Made by a program: the position numbers and the translations under genes. The notes under the pieces were generated by a model. That model saw only the letters and a list, made by a program, of their open reading frames with translations. It did not search any database and had not been told where the DNA came from. A stretch of 24,800 nt of DNA from Methanobacterium sp. (GTDB taxonomy: Archaea; Methanobacteriota; Methanobacteria; Methanobacteriales; Methanobacteriaceae), in contig PMWA01000022.1 of assembly GCA_003166335.1 (NCBI GenBank), positions 23,257 through 48,056 on the forward strand, given 5' to 3'. Position 1 is the stretch's first letter. Every line of letters starts with the position of its first letter. Below are positions 19,407 to 24,800 of this stretch, piece after piece.

Positions 19407-20660
19407 ATGTTAAATGCAGAAACTTATATAACTTCCCAAACAGGAATTGGAGGTAGAATAAGAGTTAAATACGAGGATTTCCATGTGGAGGAAATACCAG
19501 AAACCTTACCCAGTGGAACAGGCCCTAACACATGGCTTTTTATAGAAAAAATAGGTAGAAACACTTTGGACGTAGTATTGGATGTTGCACGAGAATTACA
19601 TCTTAACCGGAAAAGAATGGGTTTTGCAGGAATGAAAGATAAAACTGCTATCACTCGTCAATGGATTTGCATAAGCAACATAGAGCCTGATAAACTATCA
19701 AATTTAGAGGAAAAGCTTTATAATGTTAAAATACTTAAAATCACTCAGAATGAAAAGAAATTAAGAATAGGACAGTTAGTAGGAAATAAATTCAGGATCT
19801 TAATTAGAGATACATCTGATCCAGAAAATGATACCGATAAAGCCAAAGAAATTTTAACTCAGCTAACGGAACTAGGCGTCCTAAATTATTACGGTTGGCA
19901 GAGATTCGGTAAAAATCGTCCTAATACTCATATGGTGGGAAAATGCTTAACAAAGAATGATTTAAAAGGAGCAGTTAATTCTTACATTGGAAATCCATAT
20001 CCAGGAGAAGCAAACTATATAAAAACAGCCAGAGAACTCTACGATATGGGACATTACAAGGAAGCATATGACAACATGCCTGCTGGAATGCGTTATGAAA
20101 AGATGATGCTCAGGACACTTATGAAGGAAAAGAAAAATAATGAAGAATTAACAGATGAATCCTATAAAAAAGTCCTGTTAAGTCTGCCAAAACCCCTCAG
20201 CCGCATGTTTATCCACGCATACCAGTCATTCCTCTTTAACAAAGCTGTGAGTGAAAGATCCAAACTGGGAGTGAATAAATACGTTGAAGGAGATATCATA
20301 ATTGATAATGAAGAACATTTAGTACATGAATTCCAAGAAAACCAAATTCAAGAAAAGATTATGAATTTTGAAGTACACCCTTCCGCACCGTTATTTGGTA
20401 GTAAGATGCCTCTAGCCGGGGGTGTGGTAGGGGCAATGGAACAAAAAATATTGGATCATGAAAATTTGGAATTGGAAGACTTTAAAGTTACTAAAATGCC
20501 TAAACTGGGTAGTCATGGCTTGCGCCGGGCTATAAGGTTTAAAATCTGGGATATCGAAGTGAAACATACAGATGATGGAATTTTGGTGGAGTTCTCTATT
20601 CCTAAAGGCTGTTATGCTACAGCAGTTTTACGGGAGATCATGAAGGTAACAGTTTATTGA
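19407..20660 (+). CDS. truD: tRNA pseudouridine(13) synthase
   Basis: [22 protein letters not shown] (catalytic Asp), [39 protein letters not shown]. Confidence 0.96.
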   Translation: MLNAETYITSQTGIGGRIRVKYEDFHVEEIPETLPSGTGPNTWLFIEKIGRNTLDVVLDVARELHLNRKRMGFAGMKDKTAITRQWICISNIEPDKLSNLEEKLYNVKILKITQNEKKLRIGQLVGNKFRILIRDTSDPENDTDKAKEILTQLTELGVLNYYGWQRFGKNRPNTHMVGKCLTKNDLKGAVNSYIGNPYPGEANYIKTARELYDMGHYKEAYDNMPAGMRYEKMMLRTLMKEKKNNEELTDESYKKVLLSLPKPLSRMFIHAYQSFLFNKAVSERSKLGVNKYVEGDIIIDNEEHLVHEFQENQIQEKIMNFEVHPSAPLFGSKMPLAGGVVGAMEQKILDHENLELEDFKVTKMPKLGSHGLRRAIRFKIWDIEVKHTDDGILVEFSIPKGCYATAVLREIMKVTVY

Positions 20661-20813
20661 AGTGCAAAATCAAATAAAAATAATCATTATTGGATTTTGA
20701 ATGGTTTTAGCTTAATTAAACAATTCATTGAGTAAGAAATATATTATTAAATTCATATTATTAAATTCAAAAAAAAAAGAATGAAACAAAATAAAATATT
20801 TTAATTTTGGATA

Positions 20814-21217
20814 TTAATTATCCTTACTGTTTCTTTCTTTAATAGCTACACCAATGATTCCACCGATTAAACCAAGGACGAAATACATTGCAAAACCTAC
20901 AAATGCCGCTGCTATTGCTACTCCAATATGAGTGTTTCAACTGATCCTGTGTAACCTACCTTAGATGCAATTGTGGCTATTTGACTTCCATATAATAACA
21001 CTACAACTGATAAGTATATAAGTCCAGCTATGCCTGCTGGAATTCCGCCGTTCACAAGTCCATCAGTGTAATTCCCTCCCACCATATAACCAGCTATTAG
21101 GCCACCGATTACTGGCCCTATAAGACCTACATTTTTCGGTAAATATATTCCACTAATAACAGCTATTACTATTGTAACAATGAATGCAACACCGATTGCC
21201 ATCCAATTTAAGTTCAT
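20814..21217 (-). pseudogene. frameshifted DUF5518-like Gly-rich membrane protein
   Basis: ORF stops at TAG 20918, but a shifted frame continues IGVAIAAAFVGFAMYFVLGLIGGIIGVAIKERNSKDN* to TAA 20814. Adding one base near 20925-20930 restores 134 aa with the typical GLIGGIIG last helix. Confidence 0.75.
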
Positions 21218-21324
21218 TTACTAACCACCTAATTTCATATTAATAAACTTTAGATTTTCAATAAACTATTTATGAATGACTTTTATTTAAAATTTAACTG
21301 TAAACAAAATAAGTTTTGATAATA

Positions 21325-21852
21325 ATGAAAGTAAAAATCGTAGAAAAGGATGTATTAAATCCATTGGCCGAAATTGAAGCTATAAAATTGGAAGTAAATC
21401 CTATTCCAGAAAATATAAATAAAATATCCCTTTTTGATAATACTAAACCTAATGCAAATTTGATATTGAAAATTATAGCGGAGAGTTTGGATAACATCAA
21501 CTTTCATCGGGTAATAAAACCTGCAGGCGCCCCTGCAACACCACAACAACTAGAAAATGCAGTTCAAGCTGATTTATCCATTCTAGCTTTAGGTGACTGT
21601 GGATCCTGCACTTCATGGGTTATATTGGATGCTATAAGATTAGAAAAAGATGAAATACCCACTATTTCCATTTGCTCTCATAAATTCATAACTTATGCCA
21701 AAGAACTGGCCCGATCTCATGGTATGGAAAATCTTAGGATAGTGGAAATTGAGCATCCTATTGCGGGACAATCCCAAGATCGAGTTGAAAGAAAAGTGAA
21801 AAAAATACTCCCAGAAATCGAAGCTTTACTTAAATTAGATCAAAAAATCTAG
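21325..21852 (+). CDS. UGSC-family (seleno)protein homologue, Cys form (CGSC)
   Basis: FDNTKPNA, KPAGAPA, ALGDCGSCTSW, LEKDEIPTISIC, RIVEIEHPIAG; ATG 21325 (track uses TTG 21316). Confidence 0.8.
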   Translation: MKVKIVEKDVLNPLAEIEAIKLEVNPIPENINKISLFDNTKPNANLILKIIAESLDNINFHRVIKPAGAPATPQQLENAVQADLSILALGDCGSCTSWVILDAIRLEKDEIPTISICSHKFITYAKELARSHGMENLRIVEIEHPIAGQSQDRVERKVKKILPEIEALLKLDQKI

Positions 21853-21886
21853 TTAATCAAAAATAACCCGTCCTGAGGAAATCATT

Positions 21887-23110
21887 ATGGGAAATAAACA
21901 TATTACTAATAAAAATGTTAAAATAAATGAAAATACATGTGGATGTTTTATTGATGATTTAATTGGAGAAAACCCGGAAATGGATAAGAATAGAAAAAAA
22001 GAACTCAAAAATAATAGACTTTGCAGTAGTTATGAAAACGATTTAGAAGTATACGTTGACTCAGACACTGAAAAAGTGAGTTACGATTTTTATATGAGAA
22101 AATTAACCGATGGACTCCCTATTATACCTCCCACTAAGGAAAAACTTCTTAAATTCCTCCATTACACTGACTATAATCCTGATGATGTAATAACAATCCT
22201 CCCCCCTAAACAAGGTAAAGCAACAGTGGAAAAAATAGCCATCAATTCAATAATGGCCGGTTGTATCCCTGCTTTTATGCCGGTTATTCAACATGCTGTA
22301 CAGGCTCTCAGTCAAGATCAATTCAATCTTCCAGGAGTAAATGCCACTACTCATCCAGTAGCTATATCTGTCATAATAAATGGTCCTATATCTCGTGAAA
22401 TTGCTGTAAACAGTGGAGTAGGATGTTTGGGTCCGGGAAACATAGCAAATGCGACTATTGGTCGGGCATTACGTCTTTGTCTTATTAACATTGCAGGAGC
22501 AGTTCCCGGTATTAGTGATCACGCAACTATGGGTTCACCAGCAAAATACAGTTTCTGTTTTGGTGAAGCTGAAAATGAAAGTCCATGGGAACCATTAAAC
22601 GTTGAAAGAGGGTTTAAAACAGAAACCAGCACCATTACAGTTATGGCAGCCGAAGCACCCCATAATGTCAACGATCACCGTAGTAAGACCGCTGAAGACC
22701 TATTAAATACAATCGTGAATACTGCATCAGTAGCTGGGTGTAATAACAGTCACGTACCCGGTGAAATACTAATAATTATGGGTCCAGAACATGCTCAAAC
22801 TGTGGCAGATAATGACTGGGAAAAAGAGGATGTTAAAAGGTATATACATGAAAATACTTTCCTACCTGTTGAATTAGCAGATCGTGGTGGAAGAAAACTG
22901 GATAATCAGTGGATAATTGATAGTAACGTTAGAATAACCCGTTCACCAGAAGATGTGGTTCTTTTGGTGGCAGGAGGGCCTGGAAGACATACTATGATTG
23001 CACATGGTTTTGGCACTTCTTCTGAATCTGTAACACTTCCATTAACCCTTAAAGATGGCACTCCGTTGCAATCAGTTCAGGATTATAAAAATCAAAATAA
23101 TAAAAAATGA
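21887..23110 (+). CDS. conserved hypothetical partner of UGSC-family proteins
   Basis: [65 protein letters not shown] motifs; 34 nt after the UGSC gene with GAGG RBS. Confidence 0.8.
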   Translation: MGNKHITNKNVKINENTCGCFIDDLIGENPEMDKNRKKELKNNRLCSSYENDLEVYVDSDTEKVSYDFYMRKLTDGLPIIPPTKEKLLKFLHYTDYNPDDVITILPPKQGKATVEKIAINSIMAGCIPAFMPVIQHAVQALSQDQFNLPGVNATTHPVAISVIINGPISREIAVNSGVGCLGPGNIANATIGRALRLCLINIAGAVPGISDHATMGSPAKYSFCFGEAENESPWEPLNVERGFKTETSTITVMAAEAPHNVNDHRSKTAEDLLNTIVNTASVAGCNNSHVPGEILIIMGPEHAQTVADNDWEKEDVKRYIHENTFLPVELADRGGRKLDNQWIIDSNVRITRSPEDVVLLVAGGPGRHTMIAHGFGTSSESVTLPLTLKDGTPLQSVQDYKNQNNKK

Positions 23111-23139
23111 GTTAGAGAATTTTAAAGATTTAGCTAATT

Positions 23140-23595
23140 TTAAGTCACACGATCAATTTCTTCATTCCAAAATTCCGCATTATTTTGGATATAATCACTC
23201 ATCATTTTTTTGCATTCATCTAAATTTAGATTGATGAGTTCTACTCCATGTTCCTGCAGATAATTTTCGGGTCCAGAGAATGTTTTATTTTCACCCATCA
23301 CTACCAAGGGAATCTTGTAAAGCAACAACATGCCAGAGCACATATCACAGGGGATCAGGGTGGTATATAATATGCATTTTTTATAATCCGATCCTTTAAG
23401 ATGACCAGCATTCTCGAGACAGTCCATTTCTGCATGTAATACTGTAGAATTTTTTTGTTTTATTTGATTATGCCCTCGACTAATAATTTCTCCCTCTTTA
23501 ATCAACACAGCCCCTATGGGAATCCCACCTTCATCTAAACTTCTTTTAGCTTCCTTAATTGCCTCATGCATAAATTTATAATGTTTCATTTTCAT
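23140..23595 (-). CDS. zinc-dependent nucleoside/cytosine deaminase (Fcy1-like)
   Basis: GGIPIGAVL, GHN, HAEMDCLENAG, YTTLIPCDMCSG, VVMGEN, C-terminal WNEEI; start uncertain (23589/23595/23604). Confidence 0.88.
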   Translation of the reverse strand: MKMKHYKFMHEAIKEAKRSLDEGGIPIGAVLIKEGEIISRGHNQIKQKNSTVLHAEMDCLENAGHLKGSDYKKCILYTTLIPCDMCSGMLLLYKIPLVVMGENKTFSGPENYLQEHGVELINLNLDECKKMMSDYIQNNAEFWNEEIDRVT

Positions 23596-23711
23596 AGTTT
23601 CCAATTTAATTAAAATATTTATGAAAGAGAAGATTATGAGAATAATTCAAAAAAAATATAATATTATCTTCAGAAACGTGTTATTTGAATAAAAATTAAT
23701 AAAAAAAAATT

Positions 23712-24800
23712 TTAATACCTTTTTCTGTCCATTAATTCCCTCATTTTACCGGGATTCCACCCGCCAGATGCGGATTTGGAGTGACCTACTTGTTGCACGT
23801 ATCCTGTGATACGATCATACCATTCTACTTCGGTTTGTTCACCGCAAGTTGCGCAGCTATCCTGTAATCCTTTCATTAGGGTCTTACATTTGATACAGAA
23901 ACTTAATGCTGAACTGTAAGCCCAGAATCCTAAATCTGATTTACGCGCGATTTTATTAGTGAGGCTCATCAAGGAATCAGGCTGAGAGTACGCTTCTCCC
24001 ATGAAAGCATGGAATATATGTCCACCCATGGTAAGGGGATGGAATTTCTCCTCAATTTTTATCTTCTCAGGCAGTAATACATCTGAATTAACGGGTACAT
24101 GACTAGAATTAGTATAGTAAGAGGCTTCTGCATCACCCTGTACTATGACTTTGTCCTTAAATTTCTCCCGATCTAGCATGGCAAATCTGTAGGCGGTGGA
24201 TTCTGCAGGCGTCTGTAGAACACTCCAACGTAGACCAGTGTCATCTTTGAGTTCAGAGGCTCTTTGGTTCATGTACTTGATAACTTTAAGCCCAAATTTA
24301 TGTGCATCTTTATTTTCAATTCCTTCTCCACAATGGGCCATTAACATCTCGTTAAGACCTACAAAACCAAAGGATAACGTAGAGTTATCTATACTATAAT
24401 ATCTTTCTCCTTCCATTTCCTGAGTAAGGAAAGGTAGTAAATTATAATCATCCAAACAATTAACGGCCTGTTCTCTTCTTAAAAGCAATACTTCTTCAGC
24501 TAGGTGTAAATAAGAATCGAGATAATCGAAGACTTCATCATCATCCCGGGAGCTGTAAGCTATTCTGGGAAGATTTAAAGTAACAAATGCTAGATTACCA
24601 GTACGTAGACAGTCCTTTGACCAATCTCCAGTCCAATCATCATTAAGGGAGGTACGGCAACCCATGTAATTAGCCATATTTCCCCGATAATCCGGTAGCA
24701 TATTAGCAAAGTAAGGGGTACCGTATTTAGCGGAAAGATTATGCACTTGCATTAGATCTTCTTCAAATTCGTCTTTTAACACTTTATCTCGTATGGCGTA
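23712..24800 (-). CDS. nrdD: anaerobic (class III) ribonucleoside-triphosphate reductase, 5'-truncated by window edge
   Basis: Frame open to the window end (YAIRDKVLK...); finger-loop MGCR, TLNLPRIA, TPAES, YYTNS, GGHI, Zn site CIKC/CATC, glycyl-radical motif RITGY. Confidence 0.95.
   Translation of the reverse strand, partial: YAIRDKVLKDEFEEDLMQVHNLSAKYGTPYFANMLPDYRGNMANYMGCRTSLNDDWTGDWSKDCLRTGNLAFVTLNLPRIAYSSRDDDEVFDYLDSYLHLAEEVLLLRREQAVNCLDDYNLLPFLTQEMEGERYYSIDNSTLSFGFVGLNEMLMAHCGEGIENKDAHKFGLKVIKYMNQRASELKDDTGLRWSVLQTPAESTAYRFAMLDREKFKDKVIVQGDAEASYYTNSSHVPVNSDVLLPEKIKIEEKFHPLTMGGHIFHAFMGEAYSQPDSLMSLTNKIARKSDLGFWAYSSALSFCIKCKTLMKGLQDSCATCGEQTEVEWYDRITGYVQQVGHSKSASGGWNPGKMRELMDRKRY

Noticed and set aside
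20918..20920. Pyrrolysine/amber readthrough at the TAG of the DUF5518-like gene
   Set aside because: The homologous continuation is in a different frame and the same frame hits another TAG two codons later.
21598..21886. Selenocysteine recoding or SECIS for the UGSC gene
   Set aside because: The codon is TGT, the ORF is uninterrupted, and no convincing SECIS hairpin follows the motif or the stop.

Overview
AT-rich archaeal chromosomal segment, most likely from a Methanobacterium-like methanogen (Methanobacteriaceae). This is inferred from the archaeal-type LeuS, YchF, TruD and NrdD, GGTGA/GGAGG ribosome-binding sites, TATA boxes and uppP. The housekeeping backbone comprises a FAD oxidoreductase (5'-truncated), ychF, cbiE, a cupin, an ArsA/Get3 ATPase, nadE, cutA, leuS, a FAH-family hydrolase, hisG, an amidohydrolase plus HAD hydrolase, truD and nrdD (5'-truncated). 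Accessory modules are interspersed. (1) A divergent uppP and an orphan ORF share a 43-bp promoter element (32/43 identical) built of 11-bp-phased GG repeats; the two copies flank a wHTH regulator and small membrane protein pair, suggesting an undescribed regulon. (2) A Firmicutes-like yhbD/bactofilin (yhbE/F) cluster has an inserted methyltransferase, a palindromic operator next to an archaeal TATA box, and a frameshifted second bactofilin. (3) A two-gene UGSC-family system encodes a CGSC protein resembling the GrdB/PrdB catalytic region plus a 407-aa uncharacterised partner. (4) There is also a stand-alone EncFtn-like mini-ferritin, an Fcy1-type cytosine deaminase and a frameshifted DUF5518-like gene. 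No rRNA, tRNA, CRISPR array or transposase was seen. All family assignments come from motif recognition, not database searches.
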